64,000 bases of DNA from Candidatus Poribacteria bacterium (GCA_965222225.1 CBDCTK010000002.1:3776001-3840000), one strand, 5' to 3'; positions 18,403 through 29,043 are shown, counted from the stretch's first letter. Made by a program: numbers and translations. The notes: generated by a model from the letters alone, not told the origin.

Positions 18403-18963
18403 TTGCAGCAAGCCCTCCATTCCCCAGACTCAAACATCGTCTACTTCGATCTTGAGACGCAGAAGAGCGCCGCCGAAGTCGGTGGTTGGACGAATATCCG
18501 CCGCATGAGACTCGCTGTCGGTGTCACTTATAGCACCGCCTCGGGGCGGTATGAAACATACTACGAGGAGGCAGCGGATGCGTTAGTTGAAGAGCTATCG
18601 GGAGCGGATCTTGTCGTCGGTTTCAATGTCAATCGATTCGATTATACCGTGCTTTCGCCATATACCTCGGTTCCGCTCTGGCGACTGCCAACGTTCGATA
18701 TGCTGGAGCACGTCACTCGTACACTCGGATTTCGTTTGAGTTTGGATGCTTTAGCCCGTGCGACGCTGAATGAGGCTAAATCCGCCGACGGGTTGCAGTC
18801 GCTGCGATGGTGGAAGGCCGGTAAGCGCGATCTGGTGACAGAATACTGTCGAAAGGATGTCGAAATTACGCGGCGATTGCACGAATATGCGCGTGAAAAG
18901 GGTTATCTGTTATATATTGGTCGAGATAGACTGAAAAACCGGGTTGATACAAAGCATTGGTGA
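18403..18963 (+). CDS. RNase H-like 3'-5' exonuclease domain protein (type seen at the C-terminus of some DEAD/DEAH helicases)
   Basis: VYFDLETQK, VVGFNVNRFD and EYCRKDV match DEDD ExoI/II/III motifs. Confidence 0.85.
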   Translation: MQQALHSPDSNIVYFDLETQKSAAEVGGWTNIRRMRLAVGVTYSTASGRYETYYEEAADALVEELSGADLVVGFNVNRFDYTVLSPYTSVPLWRLPTFDMLEHVTRTLGFRLSLDALARATLNEAKSADGLQSLRWWKAGKRDLVTEYCRKDVEITRRLHEYAREKGYLLYIGRDRLKNRVDTKHW

Positions 18964-18977
18964 GAGGCAACCGACTA

Positions 18978-20198
18978 TTACAGTTTTATAATTCCGAGAT
19001 TTTTCTCCGCAATAATCTCTGTCCCCCACTTCTGTGAAAGCGTTCGCATCTCATCAATCGCAGCCCCTGCCGCATCACCCGATAACGGTCGCGGTTGAAA
19101 TTGCACCTCACGGTTGTTAACGTTTATCGGGATAATCTCCCCCCGTTTTGTCTCTCCATCCCTAAAGGTAACGCGCAGGATTGCACCCGTGTGCTTACTC
19201 TTGCTACAAGATCCGAACACGAAATTCCCCAAGCTATAGGCGATGATTTTGTCCTTATAAACCTCAATCCCCTGCAAGACATGAGGGTGATGACCAAAAA
19301 CGAGGTCCGCGCCGGCATCAATGACCCCCCTGCCCAGCCATTCTTGATATTCGCGCGGTTCGGTAACGAGTTCGCCACTCCAATGGAAGGAGACAACGAC
19401 GAGGTCCGCCCATTCCCTCGCCGCCTTGATGTCGGGAACAAAAATCTCCGCTACTCCATTTACTGTCCCCGGACTAGCTTCATCGGCAAAGAATTCAAAC
19501 GGATATGTCTTGGAGTACGCCAGAACCGCAATTTGTGTGTCCTTTGATTTCACAATTGCGGGCAGTCTCGCCGTTTGGAGATTAGGTCCGGCGCCACAAT
19601 ACCGAAGTTTGAAGGTGGTTAAAACCTCCAGCGTTTCCAGCAGTGCATCATCCCCATAATCGCCCATGTGATTATTGGCGAGCGCAAGCACGTCAAAACC
19701 TGCGTTGGCAATGCCCTTAGCAAGCTTGGGTTCACCGATAAACGTGAAATCCTTTTCCGGTAAAGGGGCGCCGGTCACGCCGAGGGGCATCTCAAGATTT
19801 CCGATCGCGAGGTCCGCCGCCGCAATAATTGCGCGCATGCCGTCGAACGGGTAATCAACGCCATGTTGCTCGATTATCGGCTTAGCGCTGCCCACCAACA
19901 TAATGTCCCCTACACAGAGGATGCTTGTTTCTCCGGGTTGGAAATCGAATTCGTGATTTCCAGCTTTCGAGTGCGGAGCCGATTCGATGTAAGGTGCACT
20001 TTCAGGAACACTAGAACCGTTCAACGCCAGTTTGCCATTGAGCGGTGATGCTTCCTCGACACACACGGTTGAGGAGGATTTATGCACGGAATCTACAGCG
20101 TTGTCTGTCTTAGCCGGTGTAGCAATGGAGAGTTCAGCATAAGCAATCATAGTGAGCGAGACAAACTGCACGCTATGCTTAATTTTCAGCATCGGCAT
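18978..20198 (-). CDS. CapA (PGA_cap) family metallophosphoesterase
   Basis: VGDIML, GNLEMP, LANNHMGDYG, SFHWSGE, GHHPHVLQ, YSLGNFVF. Confidence 0.92.
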   Translation of the reverse strand: MPMLKIKHSVQFVSLTMIAYAELSIATPAKTDNAVDSVHKSSSTVCVEEASPLNGKLALNGSSVPESAPYIESAPHSKAGNHEFDFQPGETSILCVGDIMLVGSAKPIIEQHGVDYPFDGMRAIIAAADLAIGNLEMPLGVTGAPLPEKDFTFIGEPKLAKGIANAGFDVLALANNHMGDYGDDALLETLEVLTTFKLRYCGAGPNLQTARLPAIVKSKDTQIAVLAYSKTYPFEFFADEASPGTVNGVAEIFVPDIKAAREWADLVVVSFHWSGELVTEPREYQEWLGRGVIDAGADLVFGHHPHVLQGIEVYKDKIIAYSLGNFVFGSCSKSKHTGAILRVTFRDGETKRGEIIPINVNNREVQFQPRPLSGDAAGAAIDEMRTLSQKWGTEIIAEKNLGIIKL

Positions 20199-20507
20199 GT
20201 CTCATGTACTAATTCTTGCCTAGGTTTGTTTGTACCGGATCTGTCGTATTCGGATCGTCGGCTATGATTGATTGCACCCACCTCATTCGACCACTCTTTC
20301 AGCCTTCCCATCTTTCTCCTTCTTGATTATGCACTATTGCTAGAATATCACAGTTTGATTGGCAATTTTCATGCCTTTTCTTTGCCGGCAGCTTTTTATT
20401 GCTTTGCTACCCCTTGTCTGCTATACTTACACTTGATGTAGAGGTCTACCCTCCGTGCGTTCCATCATACGTCCATTTCATCTGGAACCGCAGAAAGGCA
20501 TAAACCT

Positions 20508-21053
20508 GTGACCCTAGCAGAGGTATTTAACGCATGTCAGGATATTGAGCTGAGACAAGCAAAGTTGTACGCCGCGCTATCCTTACTCTTGGGCGAAGTC
20601 GACGAACGCATCGCCCGGTTTTGGGAGCAGATGAGTACAGAGGAGTGGCAACACTATATGCTCGTCGACTTTGGTCGGTCACTATGCGCTCAGACAATTG
20701 GCTTGGACGCGCCTGCCGTAGGGCTTCCCGGGGTGCCCATTCAACAGATTACTGACGCGTTGAGCGAGCATGAGCAGCAAGTTGATGGTGGGCGAATAAC
20801 GCTGAATGGGGCTTTTGAGATTGCCATTGCTATTGAAGGCAGCGAGGCGGACACTATCTACATGTATTTGCTCTCTACTATCAAAAGAGCAATTTACGAA
20901 AGTGACCAGCCGTACCTGATTAGCCGTATCTCACAGGTGGAGAAGGATATGGCGGCGCACATCGACCTTTTGATCGACTCTACCCGGCGGTTTTCCAAAA
21001 TTCCAGAACTGGTTCGAAGGGCGCAGGCGCTGAAGGAACACCACGCCCATTAA
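20508..21053 (+). CDS. Ferritin-like (rubrerythrin-fold) protein
   Basis: DIE...LY, EEWQH, AIAIEG and a final H, giving a four-helix di-metal pattern. Confidence 0.55.
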   Translation: MTLAEVFNACQDIELRQAKLYAALSLLLGEVDERIARFWEQMSTEEWQHYMLVDFGRSLCAQTIGLDAPAVGLPGVPIQQITDALSEHEQQVDGGRITLNGAFEIAIAIEGSEADTIYMYLLSTIKRAIYESDQPYLISRISQVEKDMAAHIDLLIDSTRRFSKIPELVRRAQALKEHHAH

Positions 21054-21159
21054 TTTAGGAATCAAGCTGGCGATGGACGGAATGCGAGAATTGCCGGGAG
21101 TCAAGTCAGGCTAGCGGAATTGCGTAGTTAATCTCACAGAATCAGTTTTGCGAGGGTAA

Positions 21160-21807
21160 TTACGCATTGACTGCCCATTCCAACGGCTCGTTTTGCAGAT
21201 AAGGGCGTAAGAGGGTTTGGAGGCGGCGGTGCGCATGATGAAGATGTGCCTTGATTGTTCCTTCGGACCTATCCAACCGAGCGGCAATCTCTTTTAGTTG
21301 GAGACCTTCATGATAACGAAGATTAAAGACCCGTTGTTGCCCCGGGGGAAGCTGGCTAACCGCTTTGCCTATAATTTGACCGAGTTCGCTTGATTCCGCT
21401 TGGTCCGGCGGACGTGGTCTTGAATCGTTGAAAATGAGTTCGTTTTCGGCGATTGTCGGGTTCAAATCATCAAACGATACGGTTCGCTTTCGGTTTTGTT
21501 GACGAATAAAGTCAATACAACGATTGATTGCGATCCGATAGATCCAGCTATAGAATGCCGATTCCTGCTTAAAATTGGGTAGGGCTTGGTACGCTTTGAT
21601 GAATATCTCTTGACAAAGGTCTTTGGCAGTCTCGGGATTGGACACGTGTTTATAAACCAAACTGTAGATTCTGCCTTGGTATCGGACGATCAATTCATTG
21701 AAGACACTCCGCTCGCCGCACTGGAATCGGTCAATAAGTGCGTACTCGTCGATAGGATTTGGATCCAACGGTAAATCGACCACGGATATACGATTGGAAT
21801 TAGCCAC
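21160..21807 (-). CDS. ECF (sigma-70 group 4) sigma factor
   Basis: AKDLCQEIFIKAY, FYSWIYRIAINRCID (region 2); LKEIAARLDRSEGTIKAHLHHA (region 4). Confidence 0.93.
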   Translation of the reverse strand: MANSNRISVVDLPLDPNPIDEYALIDRFQCGERSVFNELIVRYQGRIYSLVYKHVSNPETAKDLCQEIFIKAYQALPNFKQESAFYSWIYRIAINRCIDFIRQQNRKRTVSFDDLNPTIAENELIFNDSRPRPPDQAESSELGQIIGKAVSQLPPGQQRVFNLRYHEGLQLKEIAARLDRSEGTIKAHLHHAHRRLQTLLRPYLQNEPLEWAVNA

Positions 21808-21853
21808 TTTTTTGCTCCCTAATACCGGTCAAATCCCCTGATTGTCGAGTTTT

Positions 21854-21930
21854 CGAACAAGTTCGTTGGTCAACAGATGTCCCCTAATTGAACACCTAGA
21901 TCGAACAATCGTTCCGAAATTCGGAACAAT
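21854..21930. promoter_or_regulatory. Candidate operator array in the divergent sigma / kinase spacer
   Basis: CGAAC-AA-GTTCG (21854-65), GAAC-AATC-GTTC (21903-14), palindrome GTTCCGAA-A-TTCGGAAC (21911-27). Confidence 0.4.
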
Positions 21931-22065
21931 TATAGGCACTCAGAGGTAGGGTTGAATGCACGAGCTCCCGTAATGAAGTAACTTTGCGGCTTTCCAATAT
22001 ATTGCCCATCAATCCGATTCCCTTCCGGCACGAATCTTGCCATTCGAGTTGTTTTGACATGTCCC

Positions 22066-23442
22066 ATGCCTCGATATAGCATTCAGAACAAAATTGTCTT
22101 GCCATTCCTGGTACTTTTCATCGCCGTTCTCCTCGTTGTTCCGCTTATCACCATTGCCCTCTTCGATCAAACATACAATAGGCAGTTCAGCCGTGAAACC
22201 GAGGGATGGTTAAAGGTCATTAAAACCACGGGTTACGTCGTAATGCCAGAGCAAGTTCAACAAGCGTACGGCGTGGAAGTCATGGTCTTCGGCGCAAGCA
22301 ACGCTTTGAACTTCACCACACTCGACGACTTGTCGGATGACGGTATGGTTAATTTGACAACCGATATGAAATTGCGGGCAGCCCGACAGAAGATTACGGA
22401 ATCGGGCGACGCGCTGGTGTCGCAAAACGTCGTTCTTGATGGCAAGCCCTATAAGGTCATCTATGACTCCCTGGCACAGGGACGGCTGTATTGCTTGCTC
22501 CGACCGATGGACGACATAGCGGAAGGGAAGCGCCGACTGACGTGGTTGATTTCGGGAATCGCCGTCGTTGTCATTTCATTAGTTGCGCTTACCAGCCATT
22601 TAATTGGGCGAAATCTCTCAAATCCGATCAAAATTTTGGTGCAATTTACACGTCAGGTCGCCGAGGGCAGGCTGGATGGCCAGTGCAACGTGAAAAGCGA
22701 CGATGAAATCGGTGACTTAACCACCGCCTTCAATCAAATGACTCGCGACTTGCGAGATTCACGGAACGAACTTATCCGCGCCGAGCGGCTTGCCACCGCT
22801 GGAAGAATGGCGGCGTCGTTTGCACACGAAATACGGAATCCGTTGTCCTCTATGCGGATGTTAGCCCAAATGTTGATGCAGAGGAAAGATTTACCGGTCT
22901 CAAAGCGCGAACAGTCGGTAGGCTATATCCTTGAAGAGATAGAACGGATCGATGTCATCGTGAGAGGATTTATGAATTTTGCCCGGCCGGCAGCGCTTGA
23001 ACTTGAAACGCACAATCTCAACCAAGCGCTTGAAGAAGTACTCAATGTTATGGGAGCGAACTTAAATCATCACCAGATCACGCTTGTCAAGAAATTTGAA
23101 TCGGAACTCCCTCCAATTCGGTTTGATCGGGACAAAGTGAAACAGGGGTTCATGAACATCGTGCTGAATGCGATGGAGGCAATGTCAGAGGGCGGTACCG
23201 TGGAGGTAGAGACCTCACGCCATGACAACCGTGTTCAAGTTGATGTGGTTGACCCCGGAACTGGCATCGCCTCCAAGGATTTGGAGCAACTGTTTGAACC
23301 GTTTTTCACGACCAAGCTGCAGGGATCAGGACTTGGACTGGCGAACACAAAGCGGATTCTGGAGCAACACGGCGGAGGAGTGACCATCCAAAGTTCAGAG
23401 GGGAAGGGGACGAGAGTGTCTTTTTGGTTGCCTTTAACGTAA
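22066..23442 (+). CDS. HAMP-domain sensor histidine kinase (NtrB-like)
   Basis: 2 TM helices, HAMP (DDEIGDLTTAFNQM), H-box AHEIRNPL, N-box, FEPFFTTK, GSGLGL. Confidence 0.95.
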   Translation: MPRYSIQNKIVLPFLVLFIAVLLVVPLITIALFDQTYNRQFSRETEGWLKVIKTTGYVVMPEQVQQAYGVEVMVFGASNALNFTTLDDLSDDGMVNLTTDMKLRAARQKITESGDALVSQNVVLDGKPYKVIYDSLAQGRLYCLLRPMDDIAEGKRRLTWLISGIAVVVISLVALTSHLIGRNLSNPIKILVQFTRQVAEGRLDGQCNVKSDDEIGDLTTAFNQMTRDLRDSRNELIRAERLATAGRMAASFAHEIRNPLSSMRMLAQMLMQRKDLPVSKREQSVGYILEEIERIDVIVRGFMNFARPAALELETHNLNQALEEVLNVMGANLNHHQITLVKKFESELPPIRFDRDKVKQGFMNIVLNAMEAMSEGGTVEVETSRHDNRVQVDVVDPGTGIASKDLEQLFEPFFTTKLQGSGLGLANTKRILEQHGGGVTIQSSEGKGTRVSFWLPLT

Positions 23443-23544
23443 AGGCGATCTCGTGCCGGTTATAGCCATTGTAACTAAGAATTATACATACAGGATTTAC
23501 GCAGTTCGGCTGTATAGTGAAATCCAACGTTCCAACCCAACTGA

Positions 23545-23641
23545 AGCGAGCGAATAGCGAGTAGGATTTTCTATCGCGTTGGGATCTCTGTAGGATCTCT
23601 ATCGCGGCCGCTATCCACTCAGTTGATCGTTCCCTTGATCC
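23545..23641 (-). repeat. Nested modules on the minus strand plus one partial plus-strand copy
   Basis: The reverse complement of 23564-23640 reads GATCAAGGGAAC[GATCAACTGAGTGGATAGCGGCCGCGATAGAGATCC]TACAGAGATCCCAACGCGATAGAAAATCC. Confidence 0.85.
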
Positions 23642-23926
23642 CTCCGTCGTGCCGTAAGGTGCACAAGGGTTACGGCATATGGAGTATGCCTACTACTGGC
23701 AAAATATGTCAAAATGAATGTGAATGACTATAGAAATTCATGGGACATTATGGCAGGCTGACATTAATTCGTCAAGCAACAAGCAGTAGTCAGTGGCTGG
23801 TTGCCTGTAGCCAGTAAACACCCGGGCGGGGAATTATAGAAACCGATTTTTCGAGAAAAGATTCGGTGATTTAACGATTGCCTATCATCCGAGATCTGAT
23901 GATTGACGATTGCCGGCAGTTCTCCC

Positions 23927-26662
23927 TTAACGTATTGACGGTTTCTTGACTTTTTGCCGGTTTAACGGCAGCACCGCGAGGACGCAAGACGCGCCAATCC
24001 ACTGCCACTCCCTCAACATTAGAGGAGTTGTTCCGAAAATCTTGGCTGCCGGTTCCAAGTAAACAACCGCCGCATGCAGTCCCATACAAACAAGGATAAT
24101 AACGAGCAAGGGGAGGTTAGCCGCTATCCTTTGAGGGAGGGATTCCCAAGCGTAACGGCGATACTGGAAGTTGGAGAATAATTGCGTGAAAATGAGAATG
24201 GTGCACGCCGTGGTTTGAGCAACCGTCTCGGTTTTTGCCCAGTTCCCGGAGGTAACCCCAACCATTACAAGAAAACCGACAATTGCGAGACCGCTGATGA
24301 ACAAACTGCGGAACAGATCGGAGCGGTGAGATGTGTGCAGGAACGGAGGGACTTTCCGAGATCTGCTGTATCTGTATCGTTCTTGGATCCGGTCACTGCC
24401 CAAGTAGATGAGCGGAACGAGGTTAACAAGGAAGTGAATCCAGATAATCTGGTGCAGAGTCAGCGGCATCGGCAGACCGTATAACTGATGCAGGACAAAT
24501 CCCGCGACAAGCGTGATCAGTTGAGCAAGCGTAGATGAGAGCAGCCACCGCATCGAGTTTCTGAGGTTGTCATACGCTTCCCGGGTATGGTGCAACAAAG
24601 CCTCGATTACCGCAAAGCCCTCCTTAAGCATTAAACAACCCGCATGTTTCTGTACCACGTGACAGGCATGCGATGCCGAAGCGAAACCCACGTCGGCGGC
24701 TTTCATGGCGCGCGTGTCCAGAGGTCGCCGCCCCAAAAACCCCAACGTATAACCATGACGTCCGAGATATTGCACAACCCTGAGCCGCTGCGCCGCCGAA
24801 AGTTTGCAATAGACCAAGCAACGACTGATAATAAAATCGTAATCTTCCCCGTGGTCGTCAAAATCGGCTCTCTCCGCGACTGTGTTTCTGTCCTGAGTAA
24901 TACCGGTTTCCTTGGCGAGTTCGGCAGCCATCTGTCGATTCTTGTCCGTGATCATTACTATCTTCATTCCCGCGTCCATGCAAGATTCAACGGACGCCTT
25001 CGCTCTCTCAAGGGCGGATGTTGAAAACGCCACTAGTCCTAAAAACGTGGCGCTACATTTCATTTCGTTTTGCGAATCGGCGACGCCTGAAATCCTATGT
25101 GCTACGCCCAAGACGTGGGCGCCCCTATTGTATAGATGTTCGGCTACCTGCCCAATCAACGCCGCCTGATCCGGAACAATCTCGTGCACGGATCCTTGAT
25201 TTTGCATGGATCGACAAGCTTGCAGCACGATTGCCGGCTCACCAAGTATCATCTCGAGTTGTTTCTCGCCTCCGGTTTCGAACACGAATCCTTTATATGG
25301 ATGATTCGGTGTCTCGGGGATTTCATCAACCAATGGTAGCTCCGTGTCATAACGAGCGAGATCGTAACCGATCCGGAGGGCAACTTCTTTAAGCGCGGTG
25401 TAGACATCTACGCCATGCGAATTGCCGTATTGATACTGCCTACCGCTCGCGCATCGGCTCGCCGCCAATATCAACAGTGGAAATCCGTGCGGTACTTGAG
25501 ACTCCGACGGCGGCACAGGAAGCGTGTTTCCATCCGCTTCGCCGGATGCCGTCTCTAGCATTGCGAGCCACTCTTCCCAGGAGGCATGCTCGACCAATTG
25601 ATCGTCCACGAACACATGAGAGAGAGAGAGCCGTGCTTTCGTGATAGCGCCTATTTCGTCTACACAAACGGCAGTGAGGTTATTCAGCGCCTCCAGCGTA
25701 TTCAGACGCTGAATCGCAACTCCCTTTCTCAGCATCTTATTAGCGTTGTCGGCAAGAATTGATCGGGCGGTCAAAGCGATGCCGTCCGGAACGGAAGCGA
25801 TAGCAAACCCCAATCCTAGAAGAAGCAACTCGGGCCATTCCGGTGAGACATCGGCGGCTCTATTCAGCCCCCAAGTAATCGCGATGACAAGGGTGGCAAT
25901 GATTAGACCGGCAAAACTGAAACAGTTGTAGAAAAAGCGCATCTGTCGCTCAGCTTCCGTCGGACGGTCCGGTGGTGGAAGTTTCCGTTTGCTAATCTTA
26001 CGGAGCTCGAGATTTTTGCCCGTCTTCACTACGATTGCCCGTCCGTTGCCTGCGGTCACATACGTCCCTCCAAAAACCATATTTCTTTGCTTCTCAGGTG
26101 GTACGGCAACGGCTTCCGGCATGCCTTCGGCACGTTTCGGGACCGATACGGCTCCATCGAACAACGGTGTTTCATCAACAACCAGTGAATCCACTTCGAC
26201 GATGCGAGCATCGGCGGGGATATAGTCTCCTTCGTCAAGAATGAGCAAATCTCCCGGTACAACATCTTTGGGGATAATCTTGGTTAGTAAGCCGCCGCGA
26301 ATGGCGGAGAGGTGTATGTCGGAGTGTTTATGGATGGATTGTAGATGATTTCGAGTTTTGGCGGCTTGGGCAAACCTCCAAAGGACATGGAATCCCAGGA
26401 TAGCAGCGATCACAATCGCCTCGCGGCTCGCCTGTTTAGAATACCATAGCACGGCAACGGTAACCGCCAGAAGCAACACGGGAATATTCGCAAATTGCTT
26501 CAGGAAGAGTAGAGGCAGGCGAGATTCAGGTGTCGGGTCTACTTCATTATCGCCGAAGTTTTGGCGTTGGGTTCTTACCGCATCATTGGTAAGCCCACGT
26601 TCAAGATCTGTCCCGAACTCGTGTAAAATGTGTGGAATGGTCTGAGTGTGCCAGTCTGGCAT
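23927..26662 (-). CDS. P-type ATPase homolog (P2-like) with degenerate catalytic motifs
   Basis: VPGDLLILDEGDYIPADARI, NMVFGGTYVTAGNGRAIVVKTG and KAADVG place it in the family. DKTGT reads DEIGA, TGES reads FDGA, TGD reads TDK, GDGVND reads GRRPLD. Confidence 0.9.
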   Translation of the reverse strand: MPDWHTQTIPHILHEFGTDLERGLTNDAVRTQRQNFGDNEVDPTPESRLPLLFLKQFANIPVLLLAVTVAVLWYSKQASREAIVIAAILGFHVLWRFAQAAKTRNHLQSIHKHSDIHLSAIRGGLLTKIIPKDVVPGDLLILDEGDYIPADARIVEVDSLVVDETPLFDGAVSVPKRAEGMPEAVAVPPEKQRNMVFGGTYVTAGNGRAIVVKTGKNLELRKISKRKLPPPDRPTEAERQMRFFYNCFSFAGLIIATLVIAITWGLNRAADVSPEWPELLLLGLGFAIASVPDGIALTARSILADNANKMLRKGVAIQRLNTLEALNNLTAVCVDEIGAITKARLSLSHVFVDDQLVEHASWEEWLAMLETASGEADGNTLPVPPSESQVPHGFPLLILAASRCASGRQYQYGNSHGVDVYTALKEVALRIGYDLARYDTELPLVDEIPETPNHPYKGFVFETGGEKQLEMILGEPAIVLQACRSMQNQGSVHEIVPDQAALIGQVAEHLYNRGAHVLGVAHRISGVADSQNEMKCSATFLGLVAFSTSALERAKASVESCMDAGMKIVMITDKNRQMAAELAKETGITQDRNTVAERADFDDHGEDYDFIISRCLVYCKLSAAQRLRVVQYLGRHGYTLGFLGRRPLDTRAMKAADVGFASASHACHVVQKHAGCLMLKEGFAVIEALLHHTREAYDNLRNSMRWLLSSTLAQLITLVAGFVLHQLYGLPMPLTLHQIIWIHFLVNLVPLIYLGSDRIQERYRYSRSRKVPPFLHTSHRSDLFRSLFISGLAIVGFLVMVGVTSGNWAKTETVAQTTACTILIFTQLFSNFQYRRYAWESLPQRIAANLPLLVIILVCMGLHAAVVYLEPAAKIFGTTPLMLREWQWIGASCVLAVLPLNRQKVKKPSIR

Positions 26663-26690
26663 AATTGACTCAACTAGAAGGGTGGGTTGT

Positions 26691-27368
26691 TTAGTCTTTT
26701 TCAGGCAGAATGCACTCGGGTGAGTCGTTCCTCGGTTGATTAACCAGACGTGAAACCGTGTAGGCAGTCATCTCCTCCGCAGGATATGGCTCAAGAACGA
26801 GATCGAGATTGGAAGGAGTTTGTTCGGCCGGATTCAACCACAACTCATATGCCTCTTCGTCCAGAATTACTGGCATCCGGTGGTGAATCTGCTCCAACAT
26901 TTCGTTGGGCGGACAGGTGATGATTGTGCAAGACAGCAGACTATCTTCTTCCCCCGGGGGCCGCCATGCTTCCCAAAGCCCAGCGAATGCGAAGGGTTTG
27001 TTAGATGCCATTCGGATGTAAAACGGTGTTTTCGGTTCGCGACCCGACTCTTGTCGCCACTCATAATAACCGTCGGCTAGGACGAGACAACGCCGACGTT
27101 TATATGCAGTTCGGAAGGAAGGCTTCTCAGCAAGTGTCTCCGACCTCGCATTGATCATTCGATTCCCGATTTTCGGGTCTTTTGCCCAAGCAGGGATCAG
27201 CCCCCACTGAAAGAACTCGATTCTGTTCTCACCGTTGTTTGGGGCTACCGCGACGCTCTGGGTTGGCGCGATATTATAACGCGGCGAAAACTCGTCGGGA
27301 ATATCGAATTCAGGCAGTATCTCTGCTATGCTAACAGGTGTCGCTGCGAGCGTGTAACGTCCACACAT
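26691..27368 (-). CDS. SOS response-associated peptidase (SRAP/YedK/HMCES family)
   Basis: N-terminal MCGRY (start 27368), RYNIAPTQ, INARSET, GYYEW, IHHRMPVIL. Confidence 0.95.
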   Translation of the reverse strand: MCGRYTLAATPVSIAEILPEFDIPDEFSPRYNIAPTQSVAVAPNNGENRIEFFQWGLIPAWAKDPKIGNRMINARSETLAEKPSFRTAYKRRRCLVLADGYYEWRQESGREPKTPFYIRMASNKPFAFAGLWEAWRPPGEEDSLLSCTIITCPPNEMLEQIHHRMPVILDEEAYELWLNPAEQTPSNLDLVLEPYPAEEMTAYTVSRLVNQPRNDSPECILPEKD

Positions 27369-27999
27369 AAGCATCTCTGTTTTGGTCGAAATAATTGTTA
27401 TTTTTTTTAGCGCATCTATTTCCGGAGGAATTCATTATAGCACATCCAAAAATTCATGCCGAATTTTTTCTTGACTAACTTAACGTATGTATGGTATTGT
27501 GTCGGTATTATTGGTTGGAGTGGAGGGAAAACAACCATATTTACACGTGCTTAAAGCGGAGATTGGTTATGTTCGCGTGCCTGCTCATTTATAATTGTGA
27601 CGAGTGCTCTATTCAAATCGGCGAATTACTAGCTTTCTATTCATCAAAATGGGAACTTGGGGATGGTGGCGTCATCTATACAGATTTCGGCAGTATCGGC
27701 GATCGAATTCAAGTGTTGATTTATGAACTAAAACTCAGGGAGATGCAAGCCCGTATAGGTGTTGCCCCCTCGCGTTTTGCCAGCTTCGTCGCCGCCCACG
27801 CTGTCGACGTTGAAACGCCTCTCTTCATATCGCCGGTGCAGCTTGAGGCCTTCCTGGCTGACCAAAGCGTTTCATATCTCCCAATCTCCGGCAAGAACCA
27901 AGAACGTTTGGGGATGTTGGGACTACGGACATTAGGTCAGGTCGCACGCATTGATGTCCGTGAACTCGTAAATCAATTCGGACGGGAGGGCCAATTCAT

Positions 28000-29043
28000 T
28001 AGGAGTTACGCAGTTGGCTGAAGCGTATAAAGAGGTTGTGCCAAATAAGCCCGTACCGCATCTCTGACAATAGAGAGTTTTGCATCAAACCAACTGATAC
28101 CGGTATGATAGCAATAGTGCTCAATTCTCAGAAAGGCTCTCAGCGCTAAACCGATATGATTTCTTTGAGTGCGAGCAGAGCGCACTTGTGCGCGTTCAAT
28201 GCCAACAAATTGCTTAATCCCGCGATGATATTCTTCTATTGTCCAAGACCATTCGGCATATTTGAGACGCGTCAATTCGTCCATCTGTAAATCATTCGTT
28301 GCCCAATATTCAATGTCACCTTCTGGAGTGTCAACCTTAAATACTCGAATCAATCCATAGCCTTTGAGATGGACAATTGTACCTGTTGATTCACTCGGAA
28401 GCGTACTCACCGGACGGTTACCGGAATAATCTTTACTGACAAGTCGGTTGGCAGCTAGACGAGTAAGCCACTTCCAACCATGACCTCGCACCGCTTTTAG
28501 ATTCTTTAGACTGGCATACCAACTATCAAAACACACACATTCAGGAGCAAAACCGCGTGTTTTCGCTTCTTCAAGCATGGCGCGGAAATGCTCATTCTTC
28601 GTCAAGCCGTCTTTGGCTTTATCATAGATTCGATAATCACACGGAATATGTCTATCGCCATCCGTCCAGAGCAAAGTGACCAAGTTAATCCCATTCACAA
28701 CTCGGTGGTGTTTCCCTGACCAGTGTTTTGTCACGAGTTCAATCTTTTGTGAATAAGGTTTATCCAGAGTCGAGTCATCTATAACTAAAATTCCGGATTC
28801 TAATTTCACCTGATTTCTCGATTCTTGCCACAGTTTGCCAGTATCGGGTTCCTCTCGATGCAAGAGCCGTGTTATCGAATCGTGAGCCGGAGGATTATCA
28901 GCTTGGGGTTGAACTTTTTCCGATTCAAGACAACTGTAACTTTTCTGAGCGGCTACCAAGAAATCAATATAGTCAGTGTCAGTATATTTAGGGGGATTCA
29001 TACTCAAATTATAACCTATTTTCACTCAACTGCGTAACTCCTA
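28000..29043 (-). mobile_element. IS701-family insertion sequence (1044 bp)
   Basis: Perfect 17-bp TIRs TAGGAGTTACGCAGTTG (28000-28016, 29027-29043). 5-bp TSD TTCAT (27995-99, 29044-48). Confidence 0.93.
28006..29001 (-). CDS. IS701-family DDE transposase
   Basis: ILVIDDSTLDK, CFDSWY and WTIEEYHRGIKQ (DDE triad). Intact ORF; ATG of MNPPK at 29001. Confidence 0.9.
   Translation of the reverse strand: MNPPKYTDTDYIDFLVAAQKSYSCLESEKVQPQADNPPAHDSITRLLHREEPDTGKLWQESRNQVKLESGILVIDDSTLDKPYSQKIELVTKHWSGKHHRVVNGINLVTLLWTDGDRHIPCDYRIYDKAKDGLTKNEHFRAMLEEAKTRGFAPECVCFDSWYASLKNLKAVRGHGWKWLTRLAANRLVSKDYSGNRPVSTLPSESTGTIVHLKGYGLIRVFKVDTPEGDIEYWATNDLQMDELTRLKYAEWSWTIEEYHRGIKQFVGIERAQVRSARTQRNHIGLALRAFLRIEHYCYHTGISWFDAKLSIVRDAVRAYLAQPLYTLQPTA

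Noticed and set aside
27470-27500. LexA box at the imuB promoter (TAAC-GTAT-GTAT between TTGACT and TATTGT)
   Set aside because: Only a weak match to known SOS boxes, and the LexA motif of this lineage is unknown to me.
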